From Gordius albopunctatus (lineage: Eukaryota), in NCBI GenBank assembly GCA_964276515.1, contig OZ193909.1, positions 15,934,001 through 15,998,000 on the forward strand: a stretch of DNA of 64,000 nucleotides, given 5' to 3'. Below are positions 13,100-27,443 of the stretch, piece by piece. Numbering within the stretch: position 1 is the first letter of the stretch; the number at the start of each line of letters is the position of its first letter. The position numbers and the translations under genes are program-made. A model generated the notes under the pieces. It saw only the letters and a list, made by a program, of their open reading frames with translations. It made no database searches and had not been told where the DNA came from.

Positions 13100-15060
13100 C
13101 CTAGCTACTCTTTATTTCACCCTTAACCGGCATAATGTTCGCATTAAAAAGTCAAGGAGGCTTTTATAGCATCAATAGATAATATCGAATTTTATTCAAT
13201 TATAAAATGTTTTAATAATCTCGGTGTCATATGAAGAATTTTTTTAATAACGGATAAGTTATCATCAACCGTACATGTTTAAATAAGTATTTAATAAGTT
13301 TGACATTAGATGGAGTCGAGACCCGTTTTGCAACATTACACAATGCACCTTCGATTTCGATCAGGGTGTCATTGAAGGTTAACATAAGTGTTTGTTCATA
13401 TTTTGTCTTTTGTCCGGCATTTATCAGTTTCTTTAAAGCTCCTCTAATGGAATTAGCCATGCGGATGAATTCTCCCCATTTGTGCTTAGCGTACCTCAAT
13501 TCTAAGGCTTCGGAGTGATTTGATCGACGCAAATATACTGTAGTCAATACCATGAGATATATCTTTCAATTTTAGCATAATTACATTTGTTATAGTTTGC
13601 GTGGCTAATTTGGGTTAAAAAATAATCTGAACACACAAAGGTAGACATGCTAAACTAATTAATAACTTTTAATCAGTATCTGGTTGTTTTTAACGCTAAA
13701 AATTTATTAATACAAAACGAATAATTATAACTCTTAATTCTTTTCTACTCTATATGCCGTAATAAAATTGTTTCTTAGTACCGGAGAGTTTTAGCACTCC
13801 ACTCCCTTGTTAATTCCTTGATACCAACAATTACTTGTTTTCATATAAAATCCTTTAACATGAATTAACTAGTGAATGTTTATAAAAAAGATAGGTTGGG
13901 AATACAAAAGGCGTAGAACCATTATTACAATCTAGATATGTAGTTGTCAATTAGTTTCTAAATATTAACCGCATGTTGACAACTAGGAAAGATTTGCTTA
14001 AAAATTAAAAACGAAAGTTAAAAACTCACGAGCAAAGTTACTGAATCTTTGATATTTGCAGCAAGTAGTATCACTGTTAAATAAAAACGGTTAATAAATG
14101 AATATTGTACGTATAAAATGGGATTTAAGGTACACTTTAAACATAATCGAATTTATATTCTTACCCTAATACTAATCCGAATCAATTTGTGGAATTGGTC
14201 AAAAGTTTTTGTTGAGATTAAGTTTGATGTCGTAGTCTGATGAACGGACATCCAAAAATATTGAATGGCTTGTAAGTCCTGTCTTATGTCGTATCTCATT
14301 AAATAACTGGCTCCTAACACTCGACGTAAACTATTTTCATTTGTTTTGTTGTTGCTCATAAAGTATTTCGAATTTTTTTCTAGTAATCCCTTTTCCCCTG
14401 GTTTGGACTTAATATCTTTGGCCAATTTATTTTTACACCTCTTTATCAGCTTTTTTCTCCTTTTCTTTAACTTATATATTGTTGGTACAGCGCTGGTCCA
14501 TAAGTGGCCCTTTATTGCAACGTTTTTAGCTTTATAATTAATGTCACATTTAGTTGCCCTATAGATAATGGATAGATTATGGATTAAAGTTTTGGCTGTT
14601 GCATCACAAAAGTTAAGATTTTTGACCATCATACTTTTTATCTGTTGTTCTTGAAACTTTCTTTCTAACTCACTAGAACTTTTTAATTTCTGCTTCAACT
14701 GCTTTGCATTCCCTTTGCCTTTGTAAGGGGCTCGTTTAATCTTCAATTTGGTTTGATTTGGAACTTTAACATACTTGATATTAGAGTGATCGGCTTGAGT
14801 TGTTTTGGATTTAAACTTGTCAATAAAATTGCTAAAGATGCTGTATAAATTAAGGTAAGTTGTTGTTTTATCATTAAACATCATAACTTCAAATAAAATA
14901 GATTCTAGAATTAATAAAATCTATAAATGGCATATGAGAAACCTTATAATATATTTTATTGTTATTAGATATCCGTATAACGCAATGGTATATAACAATT
15001 CTAACGCAATCAAATAATCGTACTTATTAAAACATGGGAAATCAACAAATAAAGTAGCAT
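13100..15060 (-). pseudogene. Probable degenerate multi-exon gene for a secreted, Lys-rich protein
   Basis: Hydrophobic start MLLYLLISHVLI (ATG ~15060) followed by a GT donor; 243-aa ORF 14153-14884 ending at donor AG/GTAAGA (14165); 108-aa ORF 13227-13553. The exon phases do not join cleanly and stops follow, implying lesions. Confidence 0.4.
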
Positions 15061-15632
15061 TGTTGTTGGAATACAAACATTATAGTTTTATGATCTTGAA
15101 TGAATCTATCATATATAATTTTATGAGAATTTTATATTCAAAAAAGTATCCCATTGTATATTCCAAAATATTTAATTGATCTATTTTTTTCATAATATCT
15201 TCATAAATTACACAGGTCTACAAAGAAACCATCCTGCAATCGAACCTTTGATTCTGATTTTGCGCTAAACAATAATATGTTTTTAGTATTTTTCCAAAAC
15301 TTTTACTTTTTTAGATCAACGAGGTTGGTGCAAAATATTCCCATTTTAGCCTTTTTTGAGGCTAAATTGCCACGGCATTTTTAATTTATTCTATAAAAAT
15401 ATTATTTTCTTCCTGTAGATTAGTTATATATAGGTCCGTTATTTTAGTTTTTTGTTTCATCACTGTGTTTAAATTTACAAGCGTTTAGGTGAACCCCTTC
15501 CCTTTATCAAAAGCCCCATTATGTTTGGAAAATGGCGTACATTAGGGTACATATTGCCTATGCTAACGCGCTGTTTACTAACATTAAATTTAAATATTGA
15601 GGTGAAACAAAAAAATAAAATAAAGGACATAT

Positions 15633-16877
15633 CGTTACCTGAGAATTGGAGTGCTCTATCTGCACTTTTTGAAAATTTTAAAGTAAAAGTGCTATTTGGT
15701 AGATTTTTATATATTCTATCATAAACTTTTTAAAAAATATGGGAAATATTTTTTTGGTTTCGCTATTAAGGCTCTTATTTGGCTAAAATCGCGAATGTCA
15801 ATATTTTTCAGAATTGGTTTGCGCTATCTGCAATTACCCAAAGCAAGCACTCATTTGATCACGTGAATAAATCGTCTGCTTTTAAATTTTAATTCGAATA
15901 TCTTTAAAATTACTTTAAGAACTATTTCGGGTGAAGATAAGTAAAATTAATATAAAAATATAGCCAAAGTCATAACTAGTATAAGTTTCAAGGTGGCAAA
16001 TCAAAAAATTTTAAATGATGGTTGAAATTAGACTACAGGCAAAATTTGTATAAATGATTAATTTTTAGGCTTTTCTTATTATTGCGCATGGAAAAAATTA
16101 TTGTTATGGCCAAAACAAGGGTTGCAAGAGAAAGGAAAAAAATTCAATTTTCAAAAGAGAATATTTAAGATTATTCAAAATTGTCAAGAGTTAAATTTTT
16201 AAACAAAATATTTATATAAAAATAGATGTAACTGATTGTACTTCTACTAGATATTCTTTTGTATGTATCATTTATTTTATAATTAATAAATTGATAGTAT
16301 TGTTGTAAATACTATGATTGCTACAAATTGCTCCCATTAAATATTTTTAGCTATAAAAAGGATATAAATCATTATAATTTTTTTTAGAAATTTAATCATA
16401 TATTCAAAGATATTTAAAAAATTTCATAGTTTACCTTAATGTACACAACCCCAAATTACCATAATTTTTTATAATATTGAATAAATTTGAGTAATTAAAG
16501 TAATATAGTCATTATAAGATATAACTAATTTAATAATCTCATATTTATTTTATTATTAAAGTTATAAGTCTTAAATCAAATGTCAATAAAACCTTAAAAC
16601 TTGCGGTTAAAAATGCAGATAGAGCAAAGTAGCTAAAAAAAATCGCAAAAAATTTAGAACTTTGCTCTATTTGAAATTTAAAAAATCAATTTTTTATGAA
16701 ATAAAAAAAATCCACATTTTTGGCTAAAATAAAATAGATGCTAATACTTTACACTATCAAACTTAATTTCAAGTCATATAAATAATAATTTTAGATTTTA
16801 TAGCATTTTAAACTTTGAACTCAATAATCTCAGTTCGGAGTTTTGTGCAGATAGAACACTCCAATTCTCAGCTAACC
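15633..16877. mobile_element. Non-autonomous TIR element
   Basis: Inverted ends GTTACCTGAGAATTGGAGTGCTCTATCTGCAC / GTGCAGATAGAACACTCCAATTCTCAGCTAAC, plus internal repeats of the GCTCTATCTGCA motif. Confidence 0.6.
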
Positions 16878-18592
16878 TTAATCTACAGGAAAAAATTATT
16901 ATCTTAATATCTGGCATATATTTATTAAATATTTATAGTCGAACTACTGAGACATTTATTACAAATAATGAAAATCGTTCATTAAAAACTTACGATAATT
17001 TTCGTAGATTAAAACAACTTTTTATCAAAATGTATAATTCCTATCTAGAGCCTTTTTAGTTTAAGTAAATTAATATTTGATAAAAGCGCCCGAGTTTATG
17101 CCCTGTGTATTTTACACGAAAATTTCCAAAACCATAAAATATATGAGCATAAGTATATTGTATTATTTTATTTTATTTATCAATTCATTTTGGTTTTAAT
17201 CTGATGATGTACTTGAAGAGGACGAAATATTATTATGAAAATTATAATTATTTTTTAACGCCCTCTAATGCTCCTGTTAATAAATCTTTTAAAAATATTC
17301 TTTACGAGGGACAAAATCTTTTAAATTTAAAATGAGATCTTATACACTAACACTAGTAAATATAACTAAATCATTTTTAATTTGGCAATTTCTCATCCTG
17401 CCTGATGTGGTTTAAACTGGTGTTAATTAATTTGAATTATCATCCTAGTTAAGCTAAGGTGGCTCGATATTTAAGCACCCAAGCGTTTGTGTAGAGAGGT
17501 AATAGGAGTGCAAAGTGCCTCCGGGGGTACGTTATTTACCTGTCTGTTGTCGTTATTTACCTGTGTGTTAATCAAATTAGCGTTACCTATGTGTTGTCGC
17601 TATTTACCCGTGTGTTGTCAATCAAATTAGCGTTAATTGGTTGTAACGTATATATGAGTTTGATATACACGTCTCATTTATTATTTTTTAAAATTTATCA
17701 CCTTTTTAATAATCTTGTTAATCAAGAGAACTTTTTATGTAGTAAAACAATTTTTTATTAAGTCGAGACATGTCGAGAATTCACGTCTAGATAAGACTGA
17801 GATTTTTCAGGCTTGGACGAGACTAGATTATTATAATCGCACCCAAAAGACAAAATGAGATTTTGTTTTCGAGGCCGAGACGAGATCGAAACACTACTAG
17901 GGATGGATGAGGCTACAAAAGCTAAACTGAATTGCAAAGATTTTTGTGGATTATTGAACGGATTTTTTAGTTATATGTAAGGGGAGAATATTGTAGATTA
18001 ACAGGGGATTTCCGTTTATAAAATACGCACAGAAGCCCGAGGAGTACAAAAATTTCTGACGATGTAAATATAAAATAAAAACCTCTTTAAAAACGTTTTA
18101 TTTTTTTTTCGGATTAGCATGAGCCTAGCCAGGATTAGATTCAGAAAGGGGAGGCAATAATAATTTAGGGAGGACAAAATAATGAAGAATTTTTGCATTC
18201 ATAAGCAGCCAGCCGCCACTTCCTGCCACCCCTGGCTACGCCTATGTGGATAAGCAATAATATGGAAGAACATCAAATATCAAATTAAATAAAATTAATA
18301 GTAAGATTTTAAAAAACCAGTGTAGATAGGGGCTTGTGCCAAGTATAGCCAAGAAGGGGAGAAAGGCGTCATTTAAGATTTCAAAATCAACATAAAAATG
18401 ATTAATAAAAATATCAGAAATGCTAAAACATAATTCAGTGTATACTGTTAAGATAGAGTTTAATTATTCCAAATCAATTTCATTAAATGAATTCCGATAA
18501 CCTAAAATCTATGGATGTCTTCAGTAAAATAAACCTCTATACCAGTGTATCTGGTGGATTATTGTTTGCCACGTGTTTGAAGCGAAATAAAA

Positions 18593-20753
18593 ATGAACGT
18601 GTTTCGGTTAGTAGGAGATTTATCCCACCTGTTAGCCATATTAATTTTACTTGTCAAAATATGGAAAACGAGATCTTGTTCTGGTTAGTTATAATGCTTT
18701 AATCATACAATAAAATAACAGGAATTTCTGGGAAATCTCAACTTTTGTTTGCACTGACATACACAACAAGATATCTCGATTTATTCCTCACCTATGTTTC
18801 CCTTTACAATTCTATGATGAAAGTCATCTTTTTAGTAGCTTCCTATGCAACAGTTTACTTAATTTATTTTAAAGTAAAATAAGTCAATAACCTTTTCTTG
18901 ATTTTAATAGTTTAAAGCAACCTATGACCGAAACCATGATACATTTAGGATTGAATCCTTAATAATACCTTCATTAATCCTTGCCTTGATTATTAATCAT
19001 GAATTTACAATCTTAGAGGTAATAAAAATCAAATTAATATACACCTGTATTAGGTTTTATGGACATTTTCCATATATTTGGAGTGTGTGGCAATACTTCC
19101 TCAACTTTTTATGGTCAGCAAAACAGGTTAACTTCAACTATGTTAAAATCAGTTACTCTATTTTAGATTAAATATTTTACCCTGATTTTTAAATTAAATT
19201 AAGATGATAATTTAGGATTATGCCAAATATTATATTTGTTATTTATAATTTATTTATTAATTGGTTGATAGTTAGTAAATGAAATATTGATTTTTTTTAA
19301 AAATTGCTTTAATTCTTTTATTTATATAAATTTCTCACTTATAGAGCAATTAAATTTACTTTGTCCTTTATAGTGTAACATTCTATTTGAATCAAAATAA
19401 TTATTTCATATAATAATTATGTTGACTTGAACACTGTTCTATTATGCAGTTTATCGTATGATTTGTATAAGTTTGTTTAAAACAAATTTTTAACATATGA
19501 GAGTAGTCCTCATTTTTTGACCCAATTTAATTTTCTACTAATTCTTTGACCTAAAAATACTTTTCTTCAGTTTTTATTCTTAAAACAGCATTTTCTAGAT
19601 TATTAAGATGTAAAGGGGAAAAGGGTAATAGGTGAGGGTTACCCTTTATTGGGATTATATCTAAATTGATATGCAATGATTAAAGTTTAGGTTGACACAG
19701 TAATGTGGAAAAGCCACCTAAAATTTTACTTCAACTTATTTGATTATAATAATAACCAACACTTGGATTCCTAAGGAACATCTGGACTCTGTTAAGAATC
19801 CTGAACAAGTGATCCTTGGAGCAGGTTTGGGTCACAAAATTAGGCTTATATATAAAATTTTGTCCGTAAATCATAGGTATAGCCAGTGGGGGTGGAGCAG
19901 AAGTGGACAGCTGCCCCCACTAAATCCAAAAATTTGTTGAAATTTTATTAAAATTATGGCAAAAATTTTAATAAATGATCATTTTGCCCCTTGCTAAATC
20001 ATTATTGCCCCGCCCTCTAATTCTAATATGTCTACGCCCATTCTTTAAATAATGTTTGCTTTCCCTTAGGTGAGGCAGAAACTATCACCAGCCATTACTT
20101 GTTTGCATTGGGATCTTACAGAGGACTCTACATACTCAATTGGATTTACAGATATTACTTTGAGGGATTCCACGATTTCATTGCCATTGTAGCCGGATGC
20201 ATTCAAACCATTCTGTACTGCGACTTCTTCTACCTATACATCACCAAAGGTAAGTCATTGGCCCTTCGTTAAATTTGTCATCTAATTATAACCCCAAGAG
20301 CAAGCTTTCTATTTATTAACCCTTAAAAATCATTTTTGTTCCTGGAAAATGACATTTTTTAGTTATTATTGGATTTGCGTAACGACATTGTTTTGTTTTA
20401 AAAACAAATTTTACTCAGATATTATCTGGGTTTGGTAAAACATATAAGTTTATATTCAGACCAGATCATAAAGTTAACCATATTAATTTGTTAAGCTAAT
20501 ACATATACTAGTAATTTACAAGTCTTTTTTAAAATGACTGTTATATTTTTAATTGCTAAGTGCCTTTCAAAATTTGCATTTATTTTAAAAAAATTAATTA
20601 ACTTTTAGGGAAACTTTATAACAAAGCTGTAGTCGCTATGATTAATTGAATGCAAAATCCATATTGTTAAAACTTATTACTATCGTATGCCCTCATTAAT
20701 CATTTTTTTATTTCATAGTTTTGAAGGGGAAAAACTTGAAGCTTCCCGCCTAA
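18593..20753 (+). CDS. KDELR: ER lumen protein-retaining (KDEL) receptor, complete, 212 aa
   Basis: Exons 18593-18683, 18722-18873, 18911-19018, 19054-19126, 20070-20249 and 20719-20753 total 639 nt: [16 protein letters not shown]...[13 protein letters not shown]...RYLDLF...VAILPQLFM...[20 protein letters not shown]...[20 protein letters not shown]. Confidence 0.97.
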
Positions 20754-21102
20754 ATCGTTATGACTCAATCATAGGTTGTGTGTGACCAACTTCAATTTTC
20801 ATCCAAACACACCCACCCTTCTTTAGTACTCATGTTTAGCCTGTTTTCCCCTCTTTTTTACATTTAATGTATGTCTTAAGTTGTTTTAGCTCCTTACACC
20901 TTACATAACACAATTCCTTTTGTACATGTATTTTGATCGTCATATTGTTACGAAAACGGATAGCATATCTTTCATTCTTCATTTAAACGTATGGTTTTTG
21001 ATAATAAATTTACAAAATTAAACGTGTTTTTCTTCATATAATTTCCTGGGATTTTTAGAGGTAATTTAGATTAAGAGGTATTCGACTCGGCGCTCCTTGT
21101 GC

Positions 21103-24100
21103 TTAATAGGCGTTTACGTACCTCGCTATCGCTTTTCTAATTTCCGTAACATGGACTTCTTCCTAAGTATTAAAGATTCACATAAACAAATCATATCAAA
21201 ATGAATATTTTTTTACCATTTTATAGCACCGTTCAAGCTTTTTTAAAAAATTAAAATAAATTTCAGTACTTAACTTTGCAGGCTCATACATGAGTTATAT
21301 GAGCTAGAGTCCAGTTTCTAAATATTATTATCAAAAATCTTATCTTAAAAGCAACTATGATAATTTAGGGTTAGAACATAAATTATAAGTATATTTGTAG
21401 TATGATTCTCCAATTACAAATTGTGAACAGCACGACATCTTTAATTGAAGGATAGAACCATTTTTTGTAACTATGGCAGACATAACTTAAGCTAATGAAA
21501 TCCTTACTATATTTTTCCTAGTTAAAAATTACATATTTTGTGATGATGACTAAAAAATGAAACTATTCACTGAAGTGAGTATGGGGGTGGAGGGACTCAT
21601 CCTCAGAAAATATATGTGTAAAAAGTGGAGATATTTTATCAATCCGCCCTATATAATTAGTCAAAAATAATACCGTTAAGCCTGTATCTCGACTCCTGAG
21701 ATACACTATGCCACTCTCTAGCGGTGCTTCCTTCACTATAACGTTATATGGTATGCCCATGTGATCTGATCTTGCGAAAAGAACGAATATTAAAGATATA
21801 GGGTTTGAAACCTTCAAACACACACAAATGTTGTTTAAATTTTACTTGGTCAGCAGAGATTGTATGGGCTCTTTTTCGGGATTAACGTTCGATAGGTCGT
21901 AGGTGTATAATGATTCTTTGGCCATTTCTTTGAGGAGGTAGTTTGAAACTTGAGATAAATCCTGATTGAGCCCCCCTTTATCCCCCCACACTAAAAAGGA
22001 CACTTTGAAAGGAGCTATCTTAGGGTGCAATCGCAACATCTGTAACGAAATGATTAACACTTTGTAGCTCATTTTTAAAATCATATTATAAAATTTTTAA
22101 CTTTAAATAAATCACAGGCAATTAGTATTGAAAAAATATTCAAAATAATATGTAATCTGTCTTAGTGAGTACCAAGCCCACCCCTTTATAATTTATGTTG
22201 CTAGGCCCCCCCCGGCTTAAGGGCACACTAAGATTTACCACTTGTGAGTTTGGGTCGGTCGTTTTCAACGGGGTTTGCAGGGAGTAGGCGTCTGTGAGAA
22301 AAACCGTCAAAATATTTTCCATGGACGTTTTGATGCTAATTGACGATTTCGAGCATTCGTTCTTGTAGGTTAAAATGAGACAATCTCAAAAACTCATTTA
22401 AATTAATCAATCAATGGATATAACATAGAAATGATATAGATTCCTAATTAAACCATGCATGAGCATTCTTTCAGTGCTGTAAGTTAATTCTATAGCGCTA
22501 AATATCTCATCTTTTTTTAAAATATTTTATTTGAATTATCATTTTTAACTAAATATAAACATTAGTAACTTTGTATAGATCAAAAAAGGAAAGGTGTAAA
22601 ATCTGCCAATCAAAATTTTACCAATTAGAGGTCATAATATAAAATCAATCTTTTAAAGGAATACTTATCATTGTAAAAAAAAATTAAATTAATTTGCTTG
22701 TTTAAAGTAAGGCTCATCATAACCATGGTGTAATAATTTTTGGTCATCGTATTACAGGTATTTAGTAAAATAGTTTTTGGATTATCTAAAATCCTCAAAA
22801 TCTTTATAAAAATAACATCTAAAAATGCCATTTTGAAATGTACATCAAAATTGTCGTCGTTGCTTTGCTTAGTTATAGTTTCGACAACATCTTCACCCCA
22901 AGGGTATTCGTAAGTTATAGCAAATCCCAAATCTTGTTTGTGAATGTTCTGAGAGGTGGTTTCAGGATTAGGTATTAGTATGTTTGGCTTTTCACCTTGA
23001 ATCGAAGTGGAATTTAATTGTTTGAAGTTGATATTTGACGGACTCCCCAAATACTACAGAAAAAATGTTTACTGTAATTGTTGATATTCACAATTCGCTA
23101 TGATTTTAATAAGGCGTTTTCATTAAAATAAACGACGTTACTTTAAATAATATGATTGTAAAAAATCTTAAATATAATAGGTTAAATATTTTGAGATGAT
23201 TTCACGAAAAAATAAGATAAATCTTATAGTGTGCTTTTTTGCATGGCGAAAACGAGGGGACACTCTTGAACAAGCTAACAATATGGAGATAGGTAGTAAA
23301 TAGCTTATATCGAATCATCTTTAGAGGAATTAACAATCCCTAGTGATTTTGGCAAAAGTATGACTATCAAAACAAAAATAATATGCCAAAAATGGCTGGG
23401 AAGTTGAATAAAACTATTATGTATTTTTTGTTTATACGTTATAAAATCAAAGGTGGTTAACTAATTTGAAATTTTATAGAAGAAGGATTAAATATTTGAT
23501 GAAGAAATTGAGATAAAATCTATTTTGCACAACTAAGTCTTCACATTAGAAAAGTTACTAATTAATTTACAAACAGCTAGGGGCTAGGGCAATACCATAA
23601 ATAAGCCATAAATGCATATTCAATATTATAAATAATCTTTTAGTTAAACACAAAATATAGAGTATTATCCTATCATAATATTTCAAATCTCTATTTCCAT
23701 GGAAACAAGATTGATATTGCAAAAATAATGGATATTTAGTTAAATGCTTTATATATTTTGAACATTAAATGATATTTTAGGCAATAGAAAAATTAGTAAA
23801 GGGCAAAAAAGTAACATAATTAATATATCCTTAAACAATGTTTTTGGGTGTAAAAGTTAAAAAAAGTGGCTGAATTTATACAAAATCCATCTTTGTTAAT
23901 GAAAGTATACATATGCTTTATTTTGAGCTCATTAAATACATGCTAATACTCATAAAATTTAAAGTTTTTATTGAACACAAATTTCACTTTTGAACAAAAT
24001 GTTTAGCATTAAAAAATTGCTACAAAAAATACAATCATTTTCTTATATTTAGATAAATATGAGAAATATTTACGTTGTCATAGTCTAAGTTATATTTTGT

Positions 24101-24875
24101 TAGACTGTTTAACCACGTCATATTTTTTAAAAAAAACCTAAAGGCTATTCAATTTTGATAAAAAATTATAACCAATTTATAAATTGTCAGAAATTTAGTA
24201 CATTCAGAATGAAAATTTAATAATTAAACCCAAACATAAAATATATTATTCAGATATTTTAATTATCATAAAGTAGAAATATTTAAGAACATTAAATACC
24301 AACAAACATTTTTGTATGGATTATGATTGTGACTGCTCATACCTGTTTCCACCAGGCTATTCTTTTTGCTTTAAAATAATCAAGTGTTGTAGAAAATGAT
24401 TGTGAAGCACAAAAATAGTCAACACATAATAAGTTATTTATAGAAAATCTATAATTATTGTCAATACAAATACAATATACTTTATAAAAGTTTTAGATTC
24501 ATTTTCCTTATTTAGTTCAGCAAAATAATGCTGCCCTATTCCATATGGTGTTTGGTGATTATTTAAAAAATTAACCTGGCTCAACATCCCTATTTATTTA
24601 TTATTTAGAGAAAATAATACGAGAAAATATTTACTTTCATTATACTCAGGTTTTAAATTGTTATTTTGAATGTAAAACATCTTTGGTTCTTTATAAATTA
24701 CAAACTTTTTCCTATTTAAAGGTTAATAAATAAATTAAAATTAGCACCATTCTCGCATAATTTCATCAAACATAATAGATCCTAACGGGCCATAATAATA
24801 ATAATTTACATCATTCAACTTAGTAATAAATCCATATTTTGAGCTATGATTTATAATTGATCCAGATTTGATCAT
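21103..24875 (-). CDS. POLG2: Mitochondrial DNA polymerase gamma accessory subunit-like, complete, about 367 aa
   Basis: Nine exons 24875-24748, 24711-24635, 24589-24481, 24448-24343, 23053-22844, 22361-22239, 22039-21846, 21770-21674 and 21162-21103 join in frame. Motifs YGPLG...REW, TPYGIGQ, RIAWWKQ, YEYPWGEDVVETI, LRLHPKIAPFKV, DHMGIPY...LESGIVYLRSRDTGLTEEVHVTEI. Confidence 0.88.
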
Positions 24876-27443
24876 AAAATTTAAATAACAGTAAAGGCGC
24901 GATAGGGTACAAAAGGGACAATTATTTGTTCGATAATGTAGTTGGACACAGAAGTTTGTTTTAAACCAAAATAAGCCTTAACCGATTTTAAACCCTCACT
25001 CAAATTCTAAATAAAAACAATTTAAACCATTGATTAAAACCCAATGATTGCCTAAAGCTAGATTAAACAAACTTGTAGCATATTTAGATGCTGAATCTTT
25101 ATCTTTGCCAAATCATCCTCCTCCTTCTATTTAATGTTATTAAGTTAATTCTGCCTTATCCTCCTACTTATGTCGGTAACACGCATGTACCATCAATCAC
25201 GATCCAAGAAGACATGTTATTCATATATACGCTTATGTAAAAAAGACGCGTCTTGTTAATATCATGATAACTATTGATTTTGTTAAAAAAGAATCGCTAT
25301 TCTAAAAAGATCATATTAGAGATTTTTATATATATTGGATATCGTGTCAATATCAGATCTAAAATTATTATAGACATATCAAAATTATATTTTTAAAAGA
25401 AGCTTGTGTGGAAATAAATAGAAAGGTATATATTGTTAATTTGGTGATTGGAAATTATTAAAGAAATAAGATATTATAGCTACCGGTGTCTCTTATTAAG
25501 AATCTAAAATATTGGGTAAAAAATGTAAAGAAAGAACTAATTACGCTTTTATAGAGTTATATAAAAAACACAAATTCCTACATGGCTTAACACTAGACTG
25601 TAACCTATCCATTTGACAAGTTGTATATTAAAAAATATAATGACATATGTTAAGGAACCGACATAAGGTTGACAAATTTATAATATAGTGTTATATAAAG
25701 GTCGGCTGGCCATTAATTTATTTTATTATTTATTTATATAGTGATTTTAAATTTCAAATTTGTCTAAAATTAAGATTTAAAAGTTGTCTTGCTGGGTTTG
25801 CTCTCGCTTGGCCTTAGCTCCAATTAATTGAGACACAATTGGACTCAATCACCATTTTACACACTTAAGTTCATATAGAATACATTAACCTATATTTAAC
25901 AATGGTCAAAAAATTTTTTCCCCTAATATGCATTTAAAAACAGAGAAAAACGTGTGTAACCATTGGCTTGAATAAAATTAATATTTTAAAAATTTACACG
26001 AAAGATTAAGTAAGCTAAGGTTCAAAAACAAAACATACTTTGCCTACTTAATATGAATGTAACACTATTGCAGTATACATAATATAAAAATAGAGGATCT
26101 CTGAATATGGTTCATACACAAAAGTATTAATAAAAGGAATTTAACACGGGTAACTGATCCTAAACGAGGGCGAAAATCCCTTTTGAATTGCTATTTTTGC
26201 TGCTTATTATTATTTTACTAGCCTCACATTTAATTTGTCTGACCTCTGATGCCACACCACGATTTTGCCTTAATATTTGCCGCAAACATACTAATGACCG
26301 CGGTTGAATTTAATTTTTCTGACCATGTCAGATGCCAAAATGTATTTTTATTCTTGGGCCTGCAGCATTTTGCTATTTTGGTACGGCTGGTGCAAATATA
26401 AATTTCCCCTCCCCTATTATAAACCCTCGACCTTCAACCCTCTTCATACTTGACCTTTACACAAGCATGCGCGTCTAAGTGTCGCTCTTACCCCTTTACC
26501 ACCTAGCTAGCGTGCGCGCCTCCCAACGCTCCCCCCTAACAACATACTCTTGCGTTTAACTAGGTTTCCACCTCTCCAACCCTTCCTACTATATACCGCC
26601 CTCCCAATCTTATTCCCCCCTATATGTACGCGCTCTTACGTCACTAATCTCCCCCACTTCCCTAACACATACACTAGCGTTAAATTAACAAACTGCACAT
26701 TCTTCGTTAGGGTTCACATCGATTGGCAATTAATAATCAATGATCAATTAAAAGTTATTATAGTATTAGGGTCGACAATATAATAAGCAACAATTTTTTG
26801 ACTTTTTTTATCATTAAAATTGTCAATTCACACGATCTTAAAGAATATTTCTACATCAAGCAGAAAATCACCATGGAAATTTTGAAATCTAATACAATCT
26901 CAATCCATGGCTCGATTCCAGCTTATAAATTTTATATATTTCATATAACATACATAATTATTTGGAAATAAACTTCTATCGATTTATAAAAAAATACTCG
27001 GGCCTTCGGCCCTCGTGGGAAAAGGGAAAAAGGGAAGGGAAGTGGGGAGAGATGGGCAGGAGGGAAGGGGGAAAGACTCATCTGTACTCCGTATAAATGT
27101 ACCATATTTGCTATGCAATTTATGGGTGTGTTAAGTTTTAAGGGAAAAATAAATGAATACTTTTATTTAATAACATCGCGTTTATATACACATCTCTGCG
27201 AGGTTATTTGTGTGTATAATAAGGTGAATTGCGAGACATTCAAATACTTAAATGTATTCACTTTTATGATTAGGGTGCGTGAATAATAATTTGAATAAGT
27301 CAGGCGATGATAAAGTATAAGCGAGGAGCTATTATTAGGGTGCGTGAATAATAATTTGCCTAGACGGGGTCAAGGGAAAGTAGCGTGCGATTAAATTCGT
27401 AGCCTCTACAACTATCATCGGGCCTTCACTCGGAGAGTTGTGG

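Noticed and set aside
21383..21517. Open 45-codon candidate last exon for POLG2 (minus)
   Set aside because: No family similarity; exon 21162-21103 (EEVHVTEIRKAIARY) fits the POLG2 C-terminus.
26400..26790. C-rich island with TATA-like motif, possible LTR or promoter
   Set aside because: No termini, TSD or second copy found.
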